A stretch of 64,000 nt of DNA from Eledone cirrhosa (taxonomy: Eukaryota), in assembly GCA_964016885.1 (NCBI GenBank), contig OZ024745.1, positions 27,466,001-27,530,000 on the forward strand. The letters are read 5' to 3'. The position numbers were made by a program, and so were the translations under genes. Shown piece after piece: positions 26,078 to 38,339 of the stretch. The stretch's first letter is position 1; each line of letters opens with the position of its first letter. The notes under the pieces were generated by a model. It was not told the DNA's origin. It did not search any database and was given only the letters and a program-made list of their open reading frames with translations.

Positions 26078-27633
26078 AAGTGGTGGAAATAAGTATAAGA
26101 CACCCCATTAAATTGTTAATAATTTTCTTATTACTGCACAAATTCCTTTGAAAATGTGTGTGTTTAACATAGATCCTATGGGAATCGGTATACATATTCG
26201 ATTTTATAAAAAATTTCCACGAAAAAAATTTCTTAACAAAACTACGTTTTAGAGGATGGAAATAAATATAAGACAGTTTAGAAAATATGTATTTAGCAAC
26301 AAAATGGTACAAATTTTAGTATTTACATTTATTCCCTTTCAATTGCAATACTTCAACACACCTGTTTTGCATTGAACCAATAAGATTTCTAAGAGTTTCG
26401 TTATGAATTTCATTCATATACTGTTTAATGCAAGACTTTAACGTTTCTCTATCTTCAAATTGATGTCCATTGTTGTACAACCTTCTTGCCAAAATTCCCC
26501 ACAAATTTTCTATTGGGTTTAAGTCTGGAGACTTCGCGGGCCAGTCCAAAACTTCGATGTTTTTTGTTTTAAACCAGTCTTTCGTGAGCATAGAGGTGTG
26601 TATGGCTGCGTTGTCCTGTTGAAAAATGGCATTATTGTTGTCTGGATGATTCATAAATGGGACAAGCCTTTCTTCCAACACATTGATGTACCGAGCAGAG
26701 TTTTGTTTCCCTTCCATCACTCCTAAATCAGCCTTTCCAGATGCAGAAAAAGCTCCCCAAATCATAAGAGATCCTCCTCCAAATGGTCTTTTTGAAAACA
26801 GCTGCGCCTCCTTTCTTAAATCATGCCAATAACACTGGGAACCGTCGGGCCCATCCAAATTAAACTTTTTCTCGTCAGAAAACACCACGGTTTCCAATTT
26901 ATCCTTTACCCATGTTACTTTCTCCTTTACCCAATCTACACGCTTCTTCTTGTGTTCAGCAGTTAAAGCCATCTTCCTCTTTCGATATATGAAATGTGGC
27001 GAATCATGAAGAACTCTTCTTGGAGACAAGGGCAAATTCTGAGATTGTTGCAGGTCTCTTGAGCTTGACTGTCCCTTAGAAGCTTCTCGAAAAAGTCGAC
27101 GTCTGGTTGCATCTGTAATTTTAGGTGGACGGCCTAGTCGTTTTTTGGTGCCATACGATTCAGTGTCCTTTAGATAATTTCTCACAACTGTTCGGGACCT
27201 CGACAGTTCTCTTACAATGAAACTAATAGATTTTCCTTCCAAGTTATAGGCAGAAATTTGCCCCTTTTCATTTTCATTAAGGTGAGAGTTCCTCGGCATT
27301 TGCAGTGACTTTATACAATGTTTAATTAGGAATCACGTGGCTTGTAATCACGATAAGAGTTGTTTACAATCGGCGCATGCACTTATTCTTTCTTTGGCAC
27401 TCAAAAGTAATCCGGAAATACGAATTTTCTAAACTGTCTTATACTTATTTCCACCCTCGAAAACGTAGTTTTGTTAAGAACTTTTTTTTCGTGGAAAATT
27501 TTTATAAAATCGAATATGTATACCGATTCCCATAGGATCTATGTTCCACACACAAAATTTCAAAGGAATTTGTGCAGTAATAAGAAAATTATTAACAATT
27601 TAATGGGGTGTCTTATACTTATTTCCACCACTT
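26078..27633 (-). mobile_element. Tc1/Tc3-like DNA transposon with ~210-bp IR/DR-type TIRs and TA TSD
   Basis: TIRs 26078-~26286 and ~27424-27633; TA at 26076-77 and 27634-35; TGGAAATAAGTATAAGACA-like repeat at both ends of each TIR. Confidence 0.95.
26316..27299 (-). CDS. DD34E Tc1-family transposase (327 aa)
   Basis: HTH with GRPPK; FSDEKKFNLDGPDG; FQQDNAAIH; SPDLNPIENLW; 34 residues between the second D and E. Confidence 0.92.
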   Translation of the reverse strand: MPRNSHLNENEKGQISAYNLEGKSISFIVRELSRSRTVVRNYLKDTESYGTKKRLGRPPKITDATRRRLFREASKGQSSSRDLQQSQNLPLSPRRVLHDSPHFIYRKRKMALTAEHKKKRVDWVKEKVTWVKDKLETVVFSDEKKFNLDGPDGSQCYWHDLRKEAQLFSKRPFGGGSLMIWGAFSASGKADLGVMEGKQNSARYINVLEERLVPFMNHPDNNNAIFQQDNAAIHTSMLTKDWFKTKNIEVLDWPAKSPDLNPIENLWGILARRLYNNGHQFEDRETLKSCIKQYMNEIHNETLRNLIGSMQNRCVEVLQLKGNKCKY

Positions 27634-27636
27634 TAT

Positions 27637-29959
27637 ATGTATTTTATCTGATGAAAGCGGTGGCCCTTGAAATATGTATAAAATAAATATGGTTTTATAA
27701 ATATAGTTTCTATATATATGTTATCTCTTTCTCTTAATTTCGAGTATATTTTTTTGACCGGCCATCTGGCTTAAGAAGTATAGCCTATCCACATCACCAT
27801 TGATGTTAAAGTTCCCAGTAACACTGAGAAGTTTGCGAGTTCTAACATCCGTCTCACTTAGTTCTTGCAATGACCAGATGGTTCTAGCTATCCCATCGTG
27901 TCTCATGGGGAGGTAGTAGTGAGATGACATTTTTTCGCAGCTGGAAACAATGTGGCTTACATCCTCGATCTTTGTTTTACATTGCCTACATTTATTGTCA
28001 GCTGCTGGCCCTCCCCTTGTGTGCAGCAGATATTTGGTAGGGAGTTCTTGTTCCTGTATTGCATAGAGATATCCCTCAAGGTGTGATGTCATAAACTTGT
28101 CGGAACTCCATGCCAGGCTTTTTGAGTGGTTTATCCCCTCTATGGTCTGTGTTTTACGTCTCAAGTATCCATGCACAATTTTTTCTGTGAATTGGTCAAT
28201 TTTTTTATCTTGTTTGAACATTGAATAGGATCTTCCGATTTCTCTGGGTGAGAGATTTATATCAGGCTTTATTCCACATCTCTCCTCCAGATCAATCGCT
28301 ATTCTAATGATATTTTTTTTTCATGCTCATAACTCTGGGCAAGATGGTTGCCAACCTTTTTCCTCTGTTGAAGGTGTTGCTTCACTGTTACTATCCGGGT
28401 CTCATATTTTGTTAATATTGATTTTAGACCCCGGCCACCTTCCTTGCGTGAGAAGTATAGCCTATCCACATCACCATTGATGTAAAAGTTCCCAGTAACA
28501 CTGAGAAGTTTGCGAGTTCTAACATCCATCTCACTTAGTTCTTGCAATGACCAGTTCAGCAGTCCAAATGTTGGCGTTAGAATTGGCACAGCATAAGTAT
28601 TGTGGGCAATGTATTTGTTGTACGCTGACAGTTCTGATGACCATATTTTCTTTACCCTTCTGAGGTATTCAGTTCTGGTTCTCTCCTTATTTATGGGTCC
28701 ATCATATCTGACATTCTCATCCTGTCCAAGATATCTGTAGTTGTCACCTGACTGTAGAGGTTGTATTGTTAGGCCGTTCATCTCTAGATTTCTAGAGGAG
28801 GGCACAGCTCTTCCACGTTTTACTGCCAAATATGCACACTTGGACTCATCAAATTTCATTTTGATGTCTGTTGAAAATTGTGTAATGAGGTCCAATTGTT
28901 TCTTGATGTCATTGATATTTGGCCCATACAACTTCAGGTCATCAACAAAGAAAAGATGGGAGATACTACTGGACCCACTTCTTTGTCCACCTTGTTTCCT
29001 GAGTAGGTAAGATAGTGGATTCAGTGAGAGAACGAAGAGTAGCACTGACAAGCTATCACCGTGAAAGATGCCCTTCTGGTAATGTATCTTATCAGTCTTA
29101 ACCTGCTCCTTCTCACCTCTAAGGATCAAATTGGTGTACCAGTTCTTGGCCAGGCATTCAACAGCAGCTACCAATGGTTGTGGGACTTTGGCTAACTGTA
29201 AAGCCTTAATAATCCACCCATGAGGTACACTATCAAATGCTTTTTGATAGTCCAGCCACACCACAGTCATGTTTCTGCGATTCTTTGTTGTTTTTTCCTG
29301 AATCATTTTATTAGTTAGTAGGTGATCTATGCAACCCCACACCTCCCTCTTTCCACCAGCCTGCTCAGGTGTTATGATGTTGTTGGTAGCACAGTGATCC
29401 TGTAAGAACAGGTTAAGGCACCCAGTATATAATTTATACATGATGTTTTGGCAGGCTATTGGGCGGTAATTTTTAGCAAGGGTGGTTTGGCTATTTTTGG
29501 GAATGAGGAGAGTAGTGGCAGTTGATAACCATCTGGGCAGTTCTTGTGTGCCTTTAATGGTTTCTGTAAACAGCCGTATGAGATCTTGCCGATAGAAAGT
29601 GAAATTCTTCAACCAGTATCCTGTAATGAGGTCTGGGCCTGGCGATTTCCTATTCGACATTTTCTGTAGAGCTGTTTCCAGTATTGACCCATCTATGTCA
29701 TATTGTTTTGTCTGGACATGTTGGCAGTAGTCCTGTTCCAGTTCTTTTAGCCAATTAGTTTGTCTGTTGAATCTGTCATCCGTTTCCCATACAGATCTCC
29801 AGTCGCTCTCAACCTGTTCTTTTGAAGGGGTGTCATTTACAGGGATTGAGCTTTTGCCACCGAAGCTGCGATAAACTGATTTAGGATCTCTGGCAAACAA
29901 TCTATTTAGCACTTGTCGTTTATGTGCTGTTGACTTATATTTTTAGTCTTTCTGTTGTA
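27637..29959 (-). mobile_element. R4/Dong-like RLE retrotransposon, copy B (5'-truncated, endonuclease lost)
   Basis: 537-aa RT ORF 28299-29912 (KSPGPD, NYRPIAC, DYQKAFDSVPH, IFHGDSLS, FFVDDLK, YRYLG); CCHC in 27721-28221; same 3'UTR as copy A. Confidence 0.9.
27640..27685 (+). ncRNA. Putative minimal type I hammerhead ribozyme, antisense to the LINE
   Basis: TATTTTAT-CTGATGA-AAGCGGTGGCCCTT-GAAA-TATG-TA-TAAAATA. Confidence 0.55.
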
Positions 29960-32900
29960 ATGTATTTTATCTGATGAAAGCGGTGGTCCTTGAAATATGT
30001 ATAAAATAAATATGGTTTTATAAATATAGTTTCCATTTATTAATATATTGTATATATATATATATATGTTATCTCTTTCTCTTAATTTCGAGTATATTTT
30101 TTTGACCAGCCACCTTCCTGGTGGCAAGGTTGTAAAAAAAAAGAAATTGTCATCCCTTGAATCGCAAGAATGTTTTGCAAATTTTGAAGGTGCCAGCTAT
30201 CGCAGCCATTTGTAGACTATGAATTAGGGAGCTGCGCTTTTTGTCCGCAAATCCAAGTTCAGTCATACTTTGGTCCAAGCGGGTTGGTATATAACCCGTA
30301 GCTCCAATAATGATGGGTATGAAGCTAAAGGTGTATCTTGGATACTGGATTTGTAAACTCCTCATCAATGGTCCGTAGATGTCCTCCTTCTCCTGTATTT
30401 TTCTGACAACGTTTACATCAAGTGGGCAGCTGATCTCCACAACAGAACACGTTTTCAATGTGTGGTCCCAAACAACAATATCAGGCCGGTTGTGCTTTAA
30501 TTTGATGGCAGTTTTTATTTTCAGGTTCCACCAGTATTCCTTAGTGCCATCTGTCTCAATATTTCTTCCTCGTTTGTTGTTAATTTTGTTTTCCGAAGTG
30601 CATTCCAGATGGTTCTAGCTATCCCATCGTGTCTCATGGGGAGGTAGTAGCGAGATGACATTTTTTCGCAGCTGGAAACAATGTGGCTTACATCCTCGAT
30701 CTTTGTTTTACATTGCCTACATTTATTGTCAGCTGCTGGCCCTCCCCTTGTGTGCAGCAGATATTTGGTAGGGAGTTCTTGTTCCTGTATTGCATAGAGA
30801 TATCCCTCAAGGTGTGATGTCAAAAACTTGTCGGAACTCCATGCCAGGCTTTTTGAGTGGTTTATCCCCTCTATGGTCTGTGTTTTACGTCTCAAGTATC
30901 CATGCACAACTTTTTCTGTAAATTGGTTAATTTTTTCATCTTGTTTGAACATTGAATAGGATCTTCCGATTTCTCTAGGTGAGAGATTTATATCAGGCTT
31001 TATTCCATATCTCTCCTCCAGATGAATCGCTATTCTAATGATATTTTTTTTTTCATGCTCATAACCCTGGGCAAGATGGTTGCCAACCTTTTTCCTCTGT
31101 TGAAGGTGTTCCTTCACTGTTACTATCCGGGTCTCATATTTTGTTAATATTGATTTTAGACCCCGGCCACCTTCCTTGCGTGAGAAGTATAGCCTATCCA
31201 CATCACCATTGATGTAAAAGTTCCCAGTAACACTGAGAAGTTTGCGAGTTCTAACATCCATCTCACTTAGTTCTTGCAATGACCAGTTCAGCAGTCCAAA
31301 TGTTGGTGTTAGAATTGGCACAGCATAAGTATTGTGGGCAATGTATTTGTTGTACGCTGACAGTTCTGATGACCATATTTTCTTTACCCTTCTGAGGTAG
31401 TCAGTTCTGGTTCTCTCCTTATTTATGGGTCCATCATATCTGACATTCTCATCCTGTCCAAGATATCTGTAGTTGTCACCTGACTGTAGAGGTTGTATTG
31501 TTAGGCCGTTCATCTCTAGATTTCTAGAGGAGGGCACAGCTCTTCCACGTTTTACTGCCAAATATGCACACTTGGACTCATCAAATTTCATTTTGATGTC
31601 TGTTGAAAATTGTGTAATGAGGTCCAATTGTTTCTTGATGTCATTGATATTTGGCCCATACAACTTCAGGTCATCAACAAAGAAAAGATGGGAGATACTA
31701 CTGGACCCACTTCTTTGTCCACCTTGTTTCCTGAGTAGGTAAGATAGTGGATTCAGTGAGAGAACGAAGAGTAGCACTGACAAGCGTGAAAGATGCCCTT
31801 CTGGTAATGTATCTTATCAGTCTTAACCTGCTCCTTCTCACCTCTAAGGATCAAATTGATGTACCAGTTCTTGGTCAGGCATTCAACAGCAGCTACCAAT
31901 GGTTGTGGGATTTTGGCTAACTGTAAAGTCTTAATAATCCACCCATGAGGTACACTGTCAAATGCTTTTGGATAGTCCAGCCAAACCACAGTCGTGTTTC
32001 TGCAATTCTTTGTTGTTTTTTCCTGAATCATTTTATTAGTTACTAGGTGATCTATGCAACCCCACACCTCCCTCTTTCTACCAGCCTGCTCAGGTGTTAT
32101 GATGTTGTTGGTAGCACAGTGATCCTGTAAGAACAGGTTAAGGCACCTAGTATATAATTTATACATGATGTTTTGGCAGGCTATTGGGCGGTAATTTTTA
32201 GCAAGGGTGGTTTGGCTATTTTTGGGAATGAGGAGAGTAGTGGCAGTTGATAACCATCTGGGCAGTTCTTGTGTGCCTTTAATGGTTTCTGTAAACAGCC
32301 GTATGAGATCCTGCCGATAGAAAGTGAAATTCTTCAACCAGTATCCTGTAATGAAGTCTGGGCCTGGCGATTTCCTATTCGACATTTTCTGTAGAGCTGT
32401 TTCCAGTATTGACCCATCTATGTCATATTGTTTTGTCTGGACATGTTGGCAGTAGTCCTGTTCCAGTTCTTTTAGCCAATTAGTTTGTCTGTTGAATCCG
32501 TCATCCGTTTCCCATACAGATCTCCAGTAGCTCTCAACCTGTTCTTTTGAAGGGGTACGATAAACTGATTTAGGATCTCTGGCAAACAATGTATTTAGCA
32601 CTTGTCGTTTATTTGCTGTTAACTTATATTTTAGTCTTTCTGTTGTAGCTGTGAGTTGTTTCAACTGGTGTAATTTGGAGTTCAAAGTTTTAAATTTTGT
32701 ATCTCCAAATCGTCTCTCTAACTTTTTTTTTAGGTCTTCCTGGTGTCGTGTAAAGTTGCTCTCTATGTTGCATTTCATAACGACTGCGATGTGTGAGATA
32801 CTTCGTCACAGGAGAAAATTTTGCTTTTTAAATTTCGCATCCACGCTGGTTCAGGCTTTCTGTTTGTATCTTGATTGCGTGGTTTTAGATGTGTGTTATA

Positions 32901-33969
32901 TGATAGCAATGTGACAGCTGAAACATATAACAAAATATTAAGCGTTTCAAATGTCGTTTCTACATCTTTAGATCGTATAGCCTTCAGATAATTGCCAGCT
33001 ATTTCGTTCACCGCTTCAAATTCCAATTTAGTGGGTTCTTTACTGATTCTGGTGTTGTATGATCTGTCACTCACATTAAGGCTGTGTATCTCTTGAAACA
33101 TATCGTCCCATATCACTTGTAAGGTGTACAAGTTTTTGGTGTTCTGTTTGTACAGTAGAGTCATGAATTTCAGCCTCGTTGTTGATGTGGTGACAATTGC
33201 TACTAGAGTTAGCTGACCTTTCTCGCTGTTCTTCAGTGGAAGTGGGATGGATTTCAACAAAATTGTTGGTGAGCTGTTCACTGTTAGATTTAGCTGGCCA
33301 TTCTCTTTGTCTGTCAGTGGAGGTGGGGTGGTTGTCTACAAGGGCTGTATTTGTAGTATCACTCAATTCCGTTAGATGTATCAATTTACATCTAATGGTA
33401 TGTTTTGCCTGTTCATTTAAATGCTTTGGAGAAAAGTCTAATTCCATAAAGTTTTTAGCCTTTGCATAAAACCGAACTTTTGGGGTTCAGATTGTTTGTA
33501 TGCTGCATATAATTCTTTGTTAAGCTCGTAGCTCCACTGTATACAACGGTTGTAGTTGCGATTTGGTCGAAGGAGACTTGTACTTTTTGCCATGATGAGT
33601 TCGTCTATTCACTAATATTTCGTATTTATTTTTCAAAATAGTCGATGATCTTCTTTAAAGGTTTCGACAAAGTTCTGTCAGAATCAAATTTAAAGTTATT
33701 CACAGCTTGGGTAATATTTCTTTTCAGTTAGTTTTTAATTCTACAACTGTGTTTTAAACGTTGTTCTTGAATCGTTTGAATCGAGAACAAAAAGAACCGT
33801 TACTTAGTATATTTCTTTATGAATGTAATATAATATAACAACGCTGTATTTATATGTTAAAGTTTATGTATCATTCATATAAATAGGTGTTCTACAACTT
33901 ATTCACAACATATTCACAGTTCAAACAACTATGTTTTTGTTTCTGAATCGAAAACGTTATTTGTATATT

Positions 33970-33970
<1 letters not shown>
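29960..33970 (-). mobile_element. R4/Dong-like RLE retrotransposon, copy A (near full length, frameshifted)
   Basis: ORF start ~33593 (QWSYELNKELY, Myb-like); RT pieces 32778-30521; CCHC CRQC..H..SSC; RLE RPDIVVWD/VEISCP/KEDIY ending 30150. Confidence 0.9.
29963..30008 (+). ncRNA. Putative minimal type I hammerhead ribozyme, second copy
   Basis: Same motif as 27640-27685 with one C>T in stem II that retains a G-U pair. Confidence 0.55.
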
Positions 33971-34002
<32 letters not shown>

Positions 34003-34011
34003 ATGTCTGTA

Positions 34012-34042
<31 letters not shown>

Positions 34043-34070
34043 ATGTATGTATGTATGCATGTATGTATGT
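33971..34070. repeat. (CTGT)n/(ATGT)n microsatellite
   Basis: Seen directly. Confidence 0.95.
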
Positions 34071-34203
34071 AAAAAATTATCAGCAATTAAATGTATTAAA
34101 CTTCTGTAATACATTGAGCCTTTTCTCCTACCGGTAACTGGCTAGTACTTAGTACTACCATCCATATTTATAATCATATATAAGTATAAATATTATTACT
34201 ATG

Positions 34204-34278
<75 letters not shown>

Positions 34279-34317
34279 ATATATATTTATTTTATTATAC
34301 TTATTTCAAAGACATAT

Positions 34318-34450
34318 GTCATTTGTATAATATCTGCCCTGTGTTTTCTTTCGACAAAAATCCATGCAAGATGTAAATATCCGTTGATATGAGATATTCG
34401 TAGATATCCGTTGATATGAGAACACGTAGGGCAGATGTTATACAAATGAA
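34318..34450. repeat. Short foldback with internal 18-bp direct repeat
   Basis: CATTTGTATAATATCTGCCCT / AGGGCAGATGTTATACAAATG; ATATCCGTTGATATGAGA twice. Confidence 0.6.
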
Positions 34451-34496
34451 ATGGGCAAATGATACCGTCTTTCTTGTTTATTATTATAACCCGCCG

Positions 34497-34590
34497 TTGT
34501 TAACTTTGCCTTTCATCCTTATGGGGTCGATAAAATAAAGTACCAGTAATACACTGGGTAATTGCTGGCCTTGTGCCAAAGTAGAAACGA
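34497..34590 (+). mobile_element. SINE family B, 3' half
   Basis: GTTAACTTTGCCTTTCATCCTTATGGGGTCGATAAAATAAAGTACCAG. Confidence 0.7.
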
Positions 34591-34974
34591 TTATTATAAT
34601 AAAACTCCGGATAAACATAAACTGTTGAGTGTTTGTCATCTCTTATGAAACAGTCAGCAGATTTTCAATCAACCAACTTTCCTTAGTTGAATAAATATAT
34701 GTATGTATATATATACGTATATTTTCTTTAATATTGCAACATTAAAGGAATATATCCTTCTGAAAGAATCGCGAGCAATTTATAATGTTATTTAAGCATT
34801 TGTAATGTTATTTATGTATATATTTAAAACATATTTGCTGTTATTCTACTGTAAATTTATTTATATGCTTTGTATATATTATATATACACAAATAATGAA
34901 TCTGTATATTAAAACATCGTTTGTATTATTCAATCCGTTTATTGAACAACTAGAAAGCTCATCGTCAAGTACTT

Positions 34975-34976
34975 TA

Positions 34977-35049
<73 letters not shown>

Positions 35050-35560
35050 GTGTGTATGTATGAATCTATATATATGTATGTATATCTATATATATATGTG
35101 TGTGTATGTATATATATGTATGTATATCTATATATATGTGTGTGTGTATGTATATATATGTGTGTATGTATATATGTGTGTATGTATATATATATATATG
35201 TGTATGTATATATATATGTGTGTATGTATATATATGTGTGTATGCATATATGTGTGTGTATGCATATATGTGTGTGTATGCATATGTGTGTGTGTATGTA
35301 TATATATGTGTGTGTGTATGTATATATATGTGTGTATGTATATATATATATGAAGATAAATTAACGGAGCCATAGTCGCGTTATTCCCTGTAAATTATGT
35401 GCTCAAAGGGAAAGGAATCCTATACATATTGTATATGTATATATGCATGTATATGTGTATTTGTATATATGTATATGTGTGTATATATATGAATGTATAT
35501 ATATATATATATGTGTATTTGTATATGTGTGTATGTATGTATGTGTATATATATATATAT
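34975..35560. repeat. Compound (TA)n/(TG)n microsatellites
   Basis: Seen directly; similar tracts at 23625-23776, 25029-25167 and 34200-34285. Confidence 0.95.
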
Positions 35561-35593
35561 AGATGTAATCTGAATTTTATAGATGTAATCTGA

Positions 35594-35973
35594 ATAGTAT
35601 GGTAGAATATTAAGTATGAAATGTTAATTTAACAAGTACTTTCATGCTTTCGCAATCTTCGGGTTCATATTCTGTGGTGACAGTCAAGTTTGTAATTTTC
35701 AACTGTAATGAGATGGGTAAATTTTGTGACTTATATACAGTGAAAAGCAGCTACAGAATGCTAAATTTTGCAAATTGTATTTCGACCAATTGGTGTGTAG
35801 TTTCACTGGATTACTGAAGAAGATTGGTTTAGGCGTCATGGTTGGTTGAAAATTTACCCATCTCATTACAGTTGAAAATTGTAAACTTGACTGTCACCAC
35901 AGAATATGAACCTGAAGATTGCGAAAGCATGAAAGTACTTGTTCAATTAACACTTAATATTCTACCATACTAT
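35594..35973. mobile_element. Foldback/MITE with ~125-bp inverted arms
   Basis: ATAGTATGGTAGAATATTAAGT...GATGGGTAAATTTT mirrored by AAAATTTACCCATC...ATTCTACCATACTAT. Confidence 0.8.
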
Positions 35974-36769
35974 TTCATTCTAATACCATTATAATTTTAA
36001 AGGGTTGTAAATAAAACGAGTAAATCAGTTGGAGTTCCTTTTATTAATATAATCTTCTATACACAATCATACACACCCGTGTATATTTATATATATATAT
36101 ATATATATACATATATAGCTTTTAAGCTATTTTGTAGTATCTCTGTTCAGGAACACACCACTTATATTAAATTTATCTCCCTGGAGTTTTGTAAAAGTCT
36201 GAGAGATTGGCTACATATGTTTTATATATATATTTTTTTTGTTTAGATGGAAGACAAAACAAAGAAGATGAATACAAAGATGAAGATAAAGATAAAGATG
36301 AAGAACCACACTGCACTGCACAACACTGCACTGCACAACACCACACCGCACCACATAAAAACACACCACACTACTCAACACCACACACACCACATAACAC
36401 CCAAAATTTTTTCATCATCTTTTTTTCATGTGTTATCAACTAATCCGAACTCTAAGATGTTTGTTATTGACTCTCTCTTCATGGAAAACTTAGGTGGATG
36501 AACTTCTCTCATTTAACCCCAGAGTTTTCTCATGTTATCAACGAATATGACCTCCAAACCAGTTGGAAATGATGAGTTGTTCTAGGAAAAAGGAGGGGTA
36601 AAGCAGGTGGAAAAACCATTGTCGTTTTGTAGATATATACCCTAATGATTTTTCTTCGGTCTCCTTTTGAGTGCTATCAACTAATCTGACCTTTTAGTTG
36701 CTCTGATTCAATTTTTTTTTCTGGGATTTGGAAACTAAATTAAACATAAAATTAAATCTAGCCCCAACC

Positions 36770-37197
36770 CTAAACTATAAATCTAAACCAAACCAAGCTA
36801 AATCTAAATATAAACATTATCCCAACCCTTAAACTAAACGCTAAACTATACCTCAACCATAAAACTAAACCCTAAACATTACCCCAGCCCTAAACTTTAA
36901 CCCAAACCTAAAGCTAAACCCTAAACTTTACCCCAAACCTAAAACGAAACCCTAAACTTTACCCCAACCCTAAAAATAGACCCTAAACATTACCCCAATC
37001 CTAAAACTATACCCTAAACTTTACCCCAACCCTAAAGCTAAACCCTAAACTTTACCCCAAACCTAAAATAAACCCTAAACTTTACCCCAAACCTAAAATA
37101 AACCCTAAACTTTACCCCAACCCTAAAACTAAACCCTAAATTTACCCCAACCCTAAAACTAAACCCTAAACATTACCCCAACCCTAAACCTAACCCA
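36770..37197. repeat. 30-31 bp CCCTAAA-containing telomere-like minisatellite
   Basis: TTTACCCCAA(A/C)CCTAAAA(C)TAAACCCTAAAC; shorter array at 48985-49240. Confidence 0.85.
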
Positions 37198-37611
37198 GGG
37201 AAATAAGTTGATTGGAAGCATCTAGGAGGTCAGATTAATTAATAGCACACGAAATAGCATAGGAAATAGCATAGAAAATAGCATAGGAAATAGCATAGGA
37301 AATAGCACAGGAAATTAATAGCACAGGAAATATACCGAAAATGATTAAGTCCCACAACATGTGAGTAGGGTGTAGATCTGCAAAACTCTCCTCTTTCTCC
37401 AAAGCTAGTTGTTTTCGACTCGTTTGGAAGTCATATTCACTGATAACGCATGAAAATAGAATCAAAGAGAAAATTCCGAGTAAGCAGGGGTTATCCGGGT
37501 GAAGGGGGAACCACCTCATCCCGCCGTTTTCCTGGGGGGAAAAAGTCAGTTTCAAGCATCTTGGAGATTGGATTAGTTGATAGCACATGAAAAATAGGAT
37601 GAAAAAATTTT

Positions 37612-37930
37612 GCATCACATCACATCACACCACATCTCGTCTCATTTCACCACGCCACGCCACATTTCATCACATCACATTTCACCACGCCACGCCACAT
37701 TTCATCACATCACATCACATTTCACCACGCTACATCACATCACATGACACCGCATGCTACCACACTACATCCCACCACACTCCACTACACCATATCCCCC
37801 ACCCTACATTGAACCACACTCCACTCCACCACACCACTGTCCACTATACTATACCACACTCCACTACACCACACCACTGTCCACTACACTAAACCACACT
37901 CCACTACACTACACCACACCACACCACACC
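37612..37930. repeat. CACCA/CATCA pentamer low-complexity tract
   Basis: Seen directly; paralog 49608-49875. Confidence 0.8.
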
Positions 37931-38296
37931 ACTGTCTATTCGACTGTTTTCTATTTCGTAGGTATGTCCAGTTACAGTAAGAGAAAGAAAGTTATTTCAA
38001 AGGATTTGAGTAAGTAAACACTTCATTGACCATCATTGTAAGCAGAATCTCGGTGTAGTTTTAAATTGACCTTTTCATATGATTACACCTCAGTCTTAAC
38101 TTAATCACCTGGAGATGGATGCTACATGTAATGTTAAAATTAGTTAAACACTGTTTCCCCCTTCTCATCACATGTGGATGCTACATGTGTATTGTTAACA
38201 TTAATCTAACGTTGTCCCACCCCCCGCCTCACCATATCACACCACACCACATCACACCATGTTGTACCACACCAGACCACATAACACCATGCTATA

Positions 38297-38339
<43 letters not shown>

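Noticed and set aside
35048-35593. ORFs rich in Y/I/C/V/M (also 23566-24630 and 33892-34392)
   Set aside because: Translations of TA/TG microsatellites
35912-35935. CTGAAGA-TTGC-GAAA as a hammerhead
   Set aside because: No stem II or stem I; part of a MITE arm
36770-37197. True telomere or plant contamination
   Set aside because: Interstitial composite unit, duplicated along with its flanks
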